Shown here: positions 24,015 through 32,000 of the stretch, piece by piece
Layout of the letters: the number at the start of each line of letters is the position of its first letter
Position numbering within the stretch: position 1 is the first letter of the stretch
Notes under the pieces: generated by a model
What the model was told of the DNA's origin: nothing
Seen by the model: only the letters and a program-made list of their open reading frames with translations
Databases searched by the model: none
Program-made: the position numbers and the translations under genes
Source of the DNA: Nitratidesulfovibrio vulgaris str. Hildenborough
GTDB lineage: Bacteria > Desulfobacterota > Desulfovibrionia > Desulfovibrionales > Desulfovibrionaceae
Length of the DNA stretch: 32,000 nt
NCBI RefSeq assembly: GCF_000195755.1
Contig: NC_002937.3
Location: 3,330,001 to 3,362,000 of the forward strand
Reading direction: 5' to 3'

Positions 24015-24926
24015 TTATACGGCGTCGCCCGGAAAGACCACCCGCCCCGACTTAGACAGGTCGTAACCGTCGAGGTCGTCGGTGAGTGACCGGAAGCGCG
24101 GGTCGCCCAGCATGGCGATGAAAAGCTGCACCCGCTTGTCGAAATAGCCTGCCCGCGGCACCAGCAGGTCGTAGCGTTCGCGCTGCAACGGCACGAAGCC
24201 CAGCCCCAGGAGTCCCGCCACCGCACGGATGCAGGGGGCCACATCGGCCCGCCCCGCCACAATCTCCATCCCCACGTCGATGTGTCCGGCGAACTCGCGC
24301 CCGTAGCCCGGAACACGTGCCGGGTCGACGCCATGCCGCGTGAGTTCGGCATCGAACAGGAGGCGCGTACCCGTGCCATGCGGACGGTTCGCCACACGCA
24401 GCCCCCGGGCCGCGATGTCTCCCGCATCGGCGATACCGTGCGGGTTGCCGGGTGCGGTGAGATAGCCCTGCTCACGGATGCAGAAGTTGACCACCGCCGG
24501 GGGTTCATCCAGCACGCGCTGGGCCGTATCGAAGTTGTATTCGTGCCCCTCGGCCTGCATCAGGTGGCTGGTGGCCATGTGGCACAGCCCGTCGCGCAGG
24601 GCGTGCAGTCCGCCTAGGCTGCCGAGATTGACGAAGGCGGCGAGACGCCCCGGATGCAGCTGGGCGAAAAGGCGCAACGCCCTGTCCAGCAGGATGTCAT
24701 TGCTGCCCGCAAGCACCAGTGCCTGCCCGGTCTCGCCGTCTCCGGGCTGCCCCGGATGGTTCAACGTGTTGCGCTCAAGCCATGCGTCCACAAGGTGCAG
24801 GGGGAAAAGCCACTTTCCCGTGACCTTGGTGCCGGGGAGTCCCTTCTCGGTGACGAGGGCGTAGACCATCTTCTCGTTTATGCCGAGGTAGGCCGCGACT
24901 TCACGGGTGGAGAGCAACTGTTTCAT
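24015..24926 (-). CDS. Transcriptional regulator with an excisionase/MerR-type HTH plus a periplasmic-binding-protein-like (oxyanion-binding, COG1910/TunR-like) domain
   Basis: Uses the internal ATG (CAT 24924-24926) with AAGGA 7 nt upstream. The HTH is MKQLLSTREVAAYLGINEKMVYALVTEKGLPGTKVTGKWLFP. The remaining ~240 aa resembles type-2 PBP folds. Length 303 aa. Confidence 0.75.
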   Translation of the reverse strand: MKQLLSTREVAAYLGINEKMVYALVTEKGLPGTKVTGKWLFPLHLVDAWLERNTLNHPGQPGDGETGQALVLAGSNDILLDRALRLFAQLHPGRLAAFVNLGSLGGLHALRDGLCHMATSHLMQAEGHEYNFDTAQRVLDEPPAVVNFCIREQGYLTAPGNPHGIADAGDIAARGLRVANRPHGTGTRLLFDAELTRHGVDPARVPGYGREFAGHIDVGMEIVAGRADVAPCIRAVAGLLGLGFVPLQRERYDLLVPRAGYFDKRVQLFIAMLGDPRFRSLTDDLDGYDLSKSGRVVFPGDAV

Positions 24927-25039
24927 GGCGTCATCCTTGGGGTTCTCGGTTGGAAAAGCGCTCCGGGCCGGGTGCGCCCCTGAGGCAGTACTGTAGACAA
25001 CAGCCCTTCCGCTGGCAACGGCGTCTCGCACGTATTGCA

Positions 25040-25103
25040 AGCCGCACGATATTGGTATAGATGATACGACCCACGTCCGCGTCCGGCATTTGAGCCGCAC
25101 GAT
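25040..25103 (+). repeat. Two identical 11-mers AGCCGCACGAT, 53 bp apart, in the regulator/der divergent spacer
   Basis: The copies are at 25040-25050 and 25093-25103. They flank the AT-rich ttggtatagatgatacg. Confidence 0.6.
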
Positions 25104-25180
25104 GTGACGTACCATCTTCGGGGGTCGTCCCCCTTCGTGCCGGTACGCCGGCCATCCCCTCCATCCGCCGGGAATCGCAT

Positions 25181-26656
25181 ATGTTCGCCAAGATAGCACT
25201 CGTGGGCCGACCCAATGTCGGCAAGTCTACCCTCTTCAACCGCCTGATACGCAGCAACCGCGCCATCACGCACGACATGCCGGGCGTCACCCGCGACCGC
25301 ATGGAAGGCATCGTGCGTGGTCGCAACAAGCGTCCCTTCGGCATCATCGACACCGGGGGCATCACCCTCGACGGACATGCCGCCGTGGCCGAAGGCCCTG
25401 CGGGCATCCGCGGGTTCGAGGCCGAAATCCTGCGGCAGGCCGAAGAGGCCATTGCCGAGTGCGTCGCCGTCTGCCTCGTGGTGGACGGACGCGAAGGGCT
25501 GTTGCCCTTCGACGAACACCTTGCCTCGTACCTGCGCCGCACGGGCAAGCCCGTGCTGGTGGTCGTCAACAAGGTGGACGGCATCGAAAAGGAAGACGTG
25601 CTCACCGCGGAATTCCATATTCTGGGCTTCCCGGTACTGGCAGTTTCAGCCGAACATGGTCACAACCTGCGCTGGCTTGAATCGGAGATGCGCGACCTTC
25701 TGCCCGAAGAAGACGAGGACGGCATCGATGACGACGCCGCGGACGCAACCGCCGTCGCCATTGCCGACGCCGACGCCGAAACCGAAGACGGTGCCTCAGC
25801 CTCCGAGACCGAGGAAGACATCACTGAAGAGACCGTGGAAGACGAACCGGAAGCCCCCCTGCGCCTGTGCATGCTGGGACGCCCCAACGCCGGAAAGTCC
25901 TCTCTGGTCAATGCCCTCACCGGCACCAATCGTATGATCGTCAGCGATGTGGCGGGCACGACCCGCGACAGCGTGGACGTCGCCTTCGAGAAGGACGGCC
26001 TCTCATACACCTTCGTGGACACGGCAGGCGTCCGCCGCCGCTCGCGCATCACCGACACGGTGGAGCGCTACAGCGTCAACTCCTCGCTGAAGAGCACCAC
26101 CAAGGCGCACGTCACCCTGCTGGTGCTTGATGCCGTCGAAGGCATCACCTCGCAGGACAAACGCCTCATCGAACTGCTCGACGAACGCAAGACCCCGTTC
26201 ATGGTGCTGGTCAACAAGATGGACCTCGTGCCCGCCAAGGCACGCGAAGACGGCAAGCGCAATTTCCGTGACCTGCTCAACTTCTGCCAGCATGTGCCTC
26301 TGCTCTTCGTCTCCGCCAAGACCGGGTATGAACTGCGCTCCATCGTGCCGCTTGCCGCGCGCATCCGGCGCGAATGCAGCGTCCGCATCCCCACCGGGCA
26401 GCTCAACCGCGCCATGGAAGAGGTCATCACCCGCCACCAGCCCCCTGTGGTGCGCCGCGTACGGCCCAAGTTCTACTACATGACACAGGCCGAAAGCCAG
26501 CCGCCGACCTTCGTGCTGTTCGTCAACGACGCGGACAGGATTCAGGCGCCCTACGCCAAATACATAGAGAAGTCGCTGCGCCGCCTGTTCGGCATCGAGC
26601 ACGCCCCCATGCGCGTCCACTTCCGTTCATCGCACAAGAAGAACAGCGAGAAATAG
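25181..26656 (+). CDS. der: Ribosome-associated GTPase Der/EngA (two tandem GTPase domains plus KH-like C-terminus)
   Basis: 491 aa. There are two P-loops (GRPNVGKS and GRPNAGKS), two DTGG/DTAG motifs and two NKVD/NKMD motifs. The linker between the domains is acidic. Confidence 0.95.
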   Translation: MFAKIALVGRPNVGKSTLFNRLIRSNRAITHDMPGVTRDRMEGIVRGRNKRPFGIIDTGGITLDGHAAVAEGPAGIRGFEAEILRQAEEAIAECVAVCLVVDGREGLLPFDEHLASYLRRTGKPVLVVVNKVDGIEKEDVLTAEFHILGFPVLAVSAEHGHNLRWLESEMRDLLPEEDEDGIDDDAADATAVAIADADAETEDGASASETEEDITEETVEDEPEAPLRLCMLGRPNAGKSSLVNALTGTNRMIVSDVAGTTRDSVDVAFEKDGLSYTFVDTAGVRRRSRITDTVERYSVNSSLKSTTKAHVTLLVLDAVEGITSQDKRLIELLDERKTPFMVLVNKMDLVPAKAREDGKRNFRDLLNFCQHVPLLFVSAKTGYELRSIVPLAARIRRECSVRIPTGQLNRAMEEVITRHQPPVVRRVRPKFYYMTQAESQPPTFVLFVNDADRIQAPYAKYIEKSLRRLFGIEHAPMRVHFRSSHKKNSEK

Positions 26657-26675
26657 AAGCCTCCCCATCGCACTG

Positions 26676-26720
26676 AAAGGCGGCGGTACGGTTCATTCCG
26701 TGCCGCCGCCTTTGCGTTGC
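26676..26720. terminator. Terminator hairpin between convergent der and the M99 peptidase gene
   Basis: A 16-bp stem pairs 26676-26691 with 26698-26713 (one G-U) around a 6-nt loop. TTTGCGTT follows on the plus strand and TTTCAGTG on the minus strand. Confidence 0.7.
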
Positions 26721-26740
26721 GAAGAAAGATGGGCTGGCGG

Positions 26741-28129
26741 TCACATGCCAAGGTCGCTTTCACGCCCCGCCACCGCGGGCAGGAAACCAGCCTTGCGCAG
26801 CGTGGGCCCGCTACCGAAACGCACCAGCACCATGCCCGCGAACTTCTGCCCCCGGTAGACTTCGACACGGTACAGCGTGCCCGCCTTGTCCACCGAGTAG
26901 CGTGCCATGAAGTCGCGCTTGCCAAGCGGAATGCCGCTTTCATCGGTACGATGCGCCGTGGCACCGATGGCGTTGATGCGATACCCCTTCACAGGCTGCA
27001 CCACGAAACGCTCGCGCACCGACACCACTTCGCCGAAGCCAACGCGCACGGGCTTGCCGTCCACCATGAGCGTCATGCCCGACAGGGCGTCGTCAGTGTC
27101 GCGCCAGTCAGGACGCAATCTCGTGAGGGTGCGGTTGCCATAGAAGACGTCATATCCGCCCTTGGCGGACACGAGGGCGAGAATGGGCTTGCTGGCAGCG
27201 AACGTGCCTGCCACATCACGCGGAAGGGGGAAGCTGCCCAGCGAAGGGCGCACGTCGTCCAGCGGCAGCACGATGCGGTTGTGCGCAAAGCCCACGGTCA
27301 CGTCGCTTTCAAGGGCCGCCTGCACACCGCGGGGTGAAAGGTCGAAGTCGCGTTCGAAGCGGACCCCCGCCTGCTTCAGGAACGCCTCCACCGCACGAAG
27401 ATGGTAGTAGGCGCGATATTCGGTGGTGAAGTCCTTGCTGGCTTCGATGCCGAAGGCGGGCTTGCCGTTGCGGTAGGCGAACCATGTGAGGGTACGGTCC
27501 ATCTCATGGTCGCCCTCGTCGGTGCGGGTGTTCTTGAGGTGATAGCGGTGCTTGGGCACAAGCACGCCTTCGTTCACATCGCGTACGGCACGTTCACCCA
27601 TGCCGGTGAGGTCGCCGAGGGGTGCCCCTTCGAGGCGCGCCTTGTCGATGATGACACTCTGTCCCCACCGCGAGGGATTGCACTGGGCGTCCTCATGGTC
27701 GGGGCGATAGAAGCCGCTGCCGTCATGCAGGTTCAGCACGAGAGAGACGTCAGGCGCGGTGATGATGCGCTGGATGCGCTGCACCAGCGGGTATTCGGGG
27801 TCGTCGGCGGGCAGGGTCGCGAACTTGCGGTTGAGGTCGCCATGCACCCCGCGCGACCGTTTGATGATGCTGGGGAAATTGAGATTGGGCACCACCCACA
27901 CTCTGCCCGACGTGAACCGGTAGTGGGTGACCAGTAGCGTGGCGGCCGAGAATCCCCCCGGTTCGTCACCCTGTATGCCTCCCACCACAAGCACCACGGG
28001 CCCACCCGTCCCGAGACGGTGCAGGGTGAAATCGAGGTTGGTGCCTTCCGGGGCAGCGAGGGCGGGGCTGCACGCCCATAGGGATGCGAAGACCAGCAGG
28101 CCCGACAATAGCGCGGATATCCATCTCAT
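26741..28129 (-). CDS. M99 (Csd4/Pgp1-like) M14-type zinc carboxypeptidase, secreted; putative peptidoglycan DL-carboxypeptidase
   Basis: The start is set at the ATG (CAT 28127-28129), which overlaps the upstream stop (ATGA). The track start is a TTG 21 nt further up. The signal peptide is MRWISALLSGLLVFASLWACSPALAA. It has VVGGIQGDEPGG (Q-x-x-E, 27962-27973) and NLHDG 82 residues later. Length 462 aa, similar to three-domain Csd4. Confidence 0.75.
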   Translation of the reverse strand: MRWISALLSGLLVFASLWACSPALAAPEGTNLDFTLHRLGTGGPVVLVVGGIQGDEPGGFSAATLLVTHYRFTSGRVWVVPNLNFPSIIKRSRGVHGDLNRKFATLPADDPEYPLVQRIQRIITAPDVSLVLNLHDGSGFYRPDHEDAQCNPSRWGQSVIIDKARLEGAPLGDLTGMGERAVRDVNEGVLVPKHRYHLKNTRTDEGDHEMDRTLTWFAYRNGKPAFGIEASKDFTTEYRAYYHLRAVEAFLKQAGVRFERDFDLSPRGVQAALESDVTVGFAHNRIVLPLDDVRPSLGSFPLPRDVAGTFAASKPILALVSAKGGYDVFYGNRTLTRLRPDWRDTDDALSGMTLMVDGKPVRVGFGEVVSVRERFVVQPVKGYRINAIGATAHRTDESGIPLGKRDFMARYSVDKAGTLYRVEVYRGQKFAGMVLVRFGSGPTLRKAGFLPAVAGRESDLGM

Positions 28130-29157
28130 GCGATGACCTTGACGTGCCAAGGTTCGAAGCGAACCCCGAGAAAGTTGTCACGCGGGTAGCGCAGCGTGAT
28201 GTAGCCGCGCTCTTCAAGCTTGCGGAAGACCTCGGTTCCGGTGAAGTCGGACGTGAAGTTGCGGATGCCGTATCCGCGCTGTCCCACGTCGAAGTCTCCC
28301 ACGCCGTGGAATGAATAGCCGGGAGGCGCCAGCGAACGTGACGCCAGCGAGAGGTTGCCGCCATTGGCCTCGGCCTTGGCGAGAAAGAGGTGCAACTGCT
28401 TGACGATACCCCGCACCCCGCTGGTCAGCACCACCTGCTCACCCATGATGCGCTGAATGGTCAGCCATGTCTCGTGCGCGTCACCGCGATAGAGATAGTT
28501 GCCCATGCCGGGCACCTTCACCACCTCACGCTGCGGGATGACGGAGGTGAGCGTGGAAAGGGGCTTCTTGCCGAGAAAGCCGTAGTTCTTGGCATCGGCG
28601 TGGAACACGTCGTCGATGAACTCGAGTTCGGCGCGCGAGAATGCTCCCACGGCGGGACGCCGCGCCTGCCGCATGGCCTCGTCGAGGCTCAGCAGATAGA
28701 AGAAGCCGTGTCCCACGGTGCGTTGCAGCCTGTCCAGCCTGTCGACCAGCCCCCCCATGAGGGCGTAGCGTTCAGGGGTGAGCACGATGTCGGAAGGATG
28801 CACCTCGTCGAAGTTGCGCATCTTGTAGAGATAGTCGCGCACTGACTCGGAGGTTTCGGCTGGCAGGGGCTGAGGCGGCTGGCTGACGGCCCTGGCCGGG
28901 GCGAGGTCGGGTTCTACGGTCTGGGCGCGCGCCCGGGATGCGGCCTTGGCGGGGCGTTGCGCGCCGCGTTGCGGCGCGGAGACGCGCCCCTGCGTCTTGC
29001 GGGCGGGGGCCGCAGGTGCAGCCTTGCCCTTGGGGGCGGGCTTGGCAGGGGCAGGACGTGAAGGTTGAACGCCGCCGGAGGCTGCGACAGCCCCCCCGGC
29101 CAGCAACAGCTGGAGGGTTCCACAAAGGGCGGCTGCGAGGAACGTGCGTCGATTCAC
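28126..29157 (-). CDS. M15-family (VanY/LdcB-like) peptidoglycan carboxypeptidase with a Tat-type signal
   Basis: The proposed start is the GTG (CAC 29155-29157), with GGAG 6 nt upstream. This gives (M)NRRTFLAAALCGTLQLLLAGGAVAA. A Pro/Ala/Lys-rich linker follows. It has GYSFHGVGDFD (28288-28320) and FEPWHV motifs. The track ORF extends to 29355, but those codons have low GC3. Confidence 0.75.
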   Translation of the reverse strand: MNRRTFLAAALCGTLQLLLAGGAVAASGGVQPSRPAPAKPAPKGKAAPAAPARKTQGRVSAPQRGAQRPAKAASRARAQTVEPDLAPARAVSQPPQPLPAETSESVRDYLYKMRNFDEVHPSDIVLTPERYALMGGLVDRLDRLQRTVGHGFFYLLSLDEAMRQARRPAVGAFSRAELEFIDDVFHADAKNYGFLGKKPLSTLTSVIPQREVVKVPGMGNYLYRGDAHETWLTIQRIMGEQVVLTSGVRGIVKQLHLFLAKAEANGGNLSLASRSLAPPGYSFHGVGDFDVGQRGYGIRNFTSDFTGTEVFRKLEERGYITLRYPRDNFLGVRFEPWHVKVIA

Positions 29158-29557
29158 ACGATGCTCCGGGTTGTTGGCTTGAAGCTCACCCGAATCCGTA
29201 TAGCAAATGTCTAGAGAATGCAAATACAAGGTGGGGTTTTCCACCATATCCACCATGATACCGCGGTCGGGCCTCATAGGGAAAGCCCCACCGCCTTTTC
29301 GCGACATCCGCATTGCGACTGAAGGCACTCGCCGGTGACCGCGCGGCATCCGCACGGGACGGGGCCATGCAGTCCCTCTGTCCCGGCCTTGACCTTGCGC
29401 AGGGCTTTCCTTTAGCGTTGCTCGTTACGGCAGTGTCCCGTGTGCCGCCCCGCGGCACATGTTCCCCTTCACGGGCCCGCCTCCGCCACCGCAGGCGCCC
29501 GCTTGCGGCGTCAGGAGCCATGGCAAAGGGCCGCAGGGTATGCAAGGAGTTATGAGC

Positions 29558-30481
29558 ATGGTCCAGAAATCGGAAACCATCTGGTTCGACGGCAAGCAGG
29601 TTCCGTGGGATGAGGCCAACGTGCATGTGCTCACCCACGCCCTGCACTACGGCGTGGGTGTCTTCGAAGGCATTCGCGCCTACCGTTGCGCCGATGGTTC
29701 TTCGGCCGTCTTCCGTCTGCGCGAACACGTGCAGCGCCTGTTCTCGTCGGCCAAGATCCTGCGCATGGAGATTCCCTTCACCGAAGACGCCATCTTCGAC
29801 GCCATCGTGGAGACGCTGCAACGCAACAGGCTCGCCGAAGGCTACATCCGTCCCCTTTCGTTCGTCGGCGCAGGGGCCATGGGCGTCTACCCCGGCGACA
29901 ACCCCGTTCAGACCATCATCGCCGTATGGCCTTGGGGTGCGTACCTCGGTGCCGAGGCCCTCGAAAAGGGCATCCGCGTCAAGACCAGTTCGTTCGCCCG
30001 CCACCACGTCAATGCCATGATGACCAAGGCCAAGGCCTCGGGCAACTATGTCAACTCGGTGCTGGCCAAGATGGAGGCCAAGGCGGACGGCTACGACGAG
30101 GCCCTGATGCTGGACGTGAGCGGCTTCGTCTCCGAAGCCACGGGCGAGAACATCTTCATGGTCCGCAACGGCGTCATCAAGACCACGCCGCTGACCTCCA
30201 TCCTCGACGGCATCACCCGCAACAGCCTCATGACGCTGGCACGCGACCTCGGCTACGAAGTGGTCGAACAGCAGTTCACCCGCGACGAACTCTATGTCGC
30301 CGACGAAGCGTTCTTCTGCGGTACCGCCGCCGAGGTGACGCCCATCCGCGAAGTCGACCGCCGCGTCATCGGCAAGGGAAGTGCCGGGCCTGTCACCAAG
30401 CATCTCCAGCAGGAATATTTCAAGGCCGTCAAGGGCGACAACCCCAGCTACGACCACTGGCTGCACCGCTACGCGCTGTAG
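29558..30481 (+). CDS. ilvE: Branched-chain amino acid aminotransferase (PLP fold type IV)
   Basis: AAGGAG (29544-29549) lies 8 nt before ATG 29558; the ATG at 29552 is only 2 nt away. [33 protein letters not shown], ..SGNYVNS.. and ..GITRNS.. are typical IlvE motifs. Length 307 aa. Confidence 0.93.
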   Translation: MVQKSETIWFDGKQVPWDEANVHVLTHALHYGVGVFEGIRAYRCADGSSAVFRLREHVQRLFSSAKILRMEIPFTEDAIFDAIVETLQRNRLAEGYIRPLSFVGAGAMGVYPGDNPVQTIIAVWPWGAYLGAEALEKGIRVKTSSFARHHVNAMMTKAKASGNYVNSVLAKMEAKADGYDEALMLDVSGFVSEATGENIFMVRNGVIKTTPLTSILDGITRNSLMTLARDLGYEVVEQQFTRDELYVADEAFFCGTAAEVTPIREVDRRVIGKGSAGPVTKHLQQEYFKAVKGDNPSYDHWLHRYAL

Positions 30482-30635
30482 CACTTTCGCAGTATAGACA
30501 GACGACACAGAGACGCGTCCACACCCCGGCATCTGCCCGGCTACGACGCGCGGCACGTCCATAACGAAGACACCATTTGACGCGAGAGGGGCGGGGCCGC
30601 ACGGTCACGCCCCTTCCGAAAGAAGCATCGACGGC

Positions 30636-32000
30636 ATGAGCCACGCCTCGCTGACAGCCAGATACCGCCCGCAGACCTTCGCCGAGGTCGCGGGGCAGGA
30701 GACGGTAAAGGCCATCCTCTCGCGCGCAGCACAGGAGAACCGGGTCGCTCCCGCCTACCTGTTCAGCGGCACGCGCGGGGTGGGCAAGACCACCATCGCC
30801 CGCATCTTCGCCAAGGCCCTCAACTGTACCACCGCCCCCACCGGCGAACCCTGCAACACCTGTGAGCAATGCCGCAAGGTCACGCAGGGGATGCACGTGG
30901 ACGTGGTGGAGATAGACGGGGCCTCGAACCGAGGCATCGACGACGCCAAACGCCTCAAGGAGGCCATCGGCTACGCCCCGATGGAAGGCCGCTACAAGGT
31001 CTTCATCATCGACGAGGCGCACATGCTCACGCGCGAAGCCTTCAACGCCCTGCTGAAGACGCTGGAGGAACCCCCGGCCCGCGTGACCTTCGTGCTGGCG
31101 ACCACCGAACCGCACAAGTTTCCGGTCACCATCGTCAGCCGCTGCCAGCACTTCACCTTCACCCGCCTTTCCGAAGCCGGGCTTGAAGCGCACCTCACCA
31201 AGGTGCTCGGTCGCGAGGGCGTCGACTACGACCCGGCTGCCGTGCGTCTCATCGCACGACGGGCGGCAGGCAGCGTGCGCGACTCCATGTCGTTGCTCGG
31301 GCAGGTGCTCGCACTGGGCGAAAGCCGCCTCACCATCGACGGTGCGCGTGGCGTGCTGGGGCTGGCGGGGCAGGAACTGTTCCTGCGGCTCATGGAGGCA
31401 CTGGCTGCACAAGACTGCCTTGGCGTGGCGAACGTCGTCCGTGAGCTGCTCGACAGAGGCGTGGACATGGGCTTCTTCCTGCGCGAACTCGTGGCCACAT
31501 GGCGCAACCTCTTCATGTTGCGGCAGGCGGGCGAAGCGGCCCTCGCATCCCTCGACCTGCCAGAGGACGAAGCCCGGCAATGGCTCGGATGGGCCAAACG
31601 GTTCGAACCCGCGCACATCCATGCCTGCTGGCAGATGACCCTCGAAGGACAGCGTCGGGTGCTGACCAGCCTCGAACCGGCCATGGCGCTTGAGCTGCTG
31701 CTGCTCAATCTCGCCATGCTGCCCCGCCTCATGCCCGTGGAGAGTCTGCGTCCTTCGGGTGGAGGCGCATCCGCCCCTTCGGGTTCCGCTGCCGAAGGCC
31801 CAGCCTCGGGTGGTGCTGCAACCATCCCCACACCGGGCACACAGGGGATGCAAGGCACAGCCCCCGCTGCCGGGATGACACCTTCGCCAGCAGCACCCGC
31901 CACACCGGCGCCCTCCGCAGCGCCTTCACCACGAGTGCCGTGGGACGATGCAGCCCCCGCGCCACGCCAGACGGGCATCCCGCCACGGCCCGCACCGCGG
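30636..32000 (+). CDS. dnaX: DNA polymerase III gamma/tau subunit, 5' part (runs off the window; not in the ORF track)
   Basis: ATG 30636. I read the frame through to base 32000 without a stop (455 codons). Motifs are MSHASLTARYRPQTFAEVAGQE, the Walker A GTRGVGKTT, a Zn module (NCTTAPTGEPCNTCEQC), the Walker B FIIDEAHML, and SRCQHFTF. It ends in a Pro/Ala-rich tau-type linker. Confidence 0.93.
   Translation, partial: MSHASLTARYRPQTFAEVAGQETVKAILSRAAQENRVAPAYLFSGTRGVGKTTIARIFAKALNCTTAPTGEPCNTCEQCRKVTQGMHVDVVEIDGASNRGIDDAKRLKEAIGYAPMEGRYKVFIIDEAHMLTREAFNALLKTLEEPPARVTFVLATTEPHKFPVTIVSRCQHFTFTRLSEAGLEAHLTKVLGREGVDYDPAAVRLIARRAAGSVRDSMSLLGQVLALGESRLTIDGARGVLGLAGQELFLRLMEALAAQDCLGVANVVRELLDRGVDMGFFLRELVATWRNLFMLRQAGEAALASLDLPEDEARQWLGWAKRFEPAHIHACWQMTLEGQRRVLTSLEPAMALELLLLNLAMLPRLMPVESLRPSGGGASAPSGSAAEGPASGGAATIPTPGTQGMQGTAPAAGMTPSPAAPATPAPSAAPSPRVPWDDAAPAPRQTGIPPRPAPR

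Noticed and set aside
30482-30635. Possible SRP RNA (ffs) or other conserved ncRNA upstream of dnaX, as occurs in some bacteria
   Set aside because: I could not find the conserved SRP domain IV sequence pattern. The only structure is a short AGGGGCG/CGCCCCT stem with a 14-nt loop.
29186-31978. Minus-strand ORFs 29186-30562 (458 aa), 30429-31853 (474 aa) and 31226-31978 (250 aa)
   Set aside because: They are antisense to ilvE and dnaX, both identified by strong family motifs.

Overview
GC-rich chromosomal segment with strong third-position GC bias. That bias produces many long spurious antisense ORFs in the track. From memory only (no search possible), the gene content and several protein sequences match Desulfovibrio vulgaris of the Hildenborough type. 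The 52-aa rubredoxin and the 126-aa desulfoferrodoxin look identical to the textbook proteins.

I support 27 coding regions.

Plus strand, first block:
- a 5'-open hypothetical gene
- an unlisted 58-codon ORF coupled to ubiE/menG
- a nucleotide-sugar dehydrogenase
- an unlisted 49-codon ORF coupled to a futalosine-hydrolase-like gene
- a polyprenyl-diphosphate synthase
- an HDOD-PAS-GGDEF protein
- PurS-PurS-PurL
- the oxygen-sensing and detoxification cluster dcrA / rbo-rub / roo

Remaining genes:
- a divergent MerR-like/HU pair
- NlpC/P60 and an RsmB/F-like methyltransferase (minus)
- a secreted FG-GAP protein, an RluA-family synthase coupled to a GT4 glycosyltransferase (plus)
- an excisionase-HTH + PBP regulator (minus)
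- der (plus)
- a coupled M15 + M99 peptidoglycan peptidase pair (minus)
- ilvE, and 5' dnaX, which is absent from the ORF track because it runs off the window

Seven hairpin/T-tract terminators delimit transcription units well. Four gene pairs overlap by 4 nt: GTGA 876-879, ATGA 3819-3822, ATGA 22605-22608 and ATGA 28126-28129.

I see no rRNA, tRNA, CRISPR array, IS/transposase, integrase, prophage or recognisable defence module. This reads as ordinary core chromosome, not an accessory island.

The observations most worth a second look:
1. The M15 + Gln-type M99 (Csd4-like) peptidase operon, as a candidate cell-curvature module.
2. A roughly 116-bp intergenic element downstream of roo, consisting of a direct repeat, a long imperfect hairpin and a second direct repeat.
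3. A perfect 22-bp palindrome in the MerR-like/HU divergent region.
4. Two small ORFs missing from the track.
5. Repeated motifs upstream of rbo, and between the COG1910-type regulator and der.

All functional calls are motif-level recognition by eye. None has been checked by a database search.
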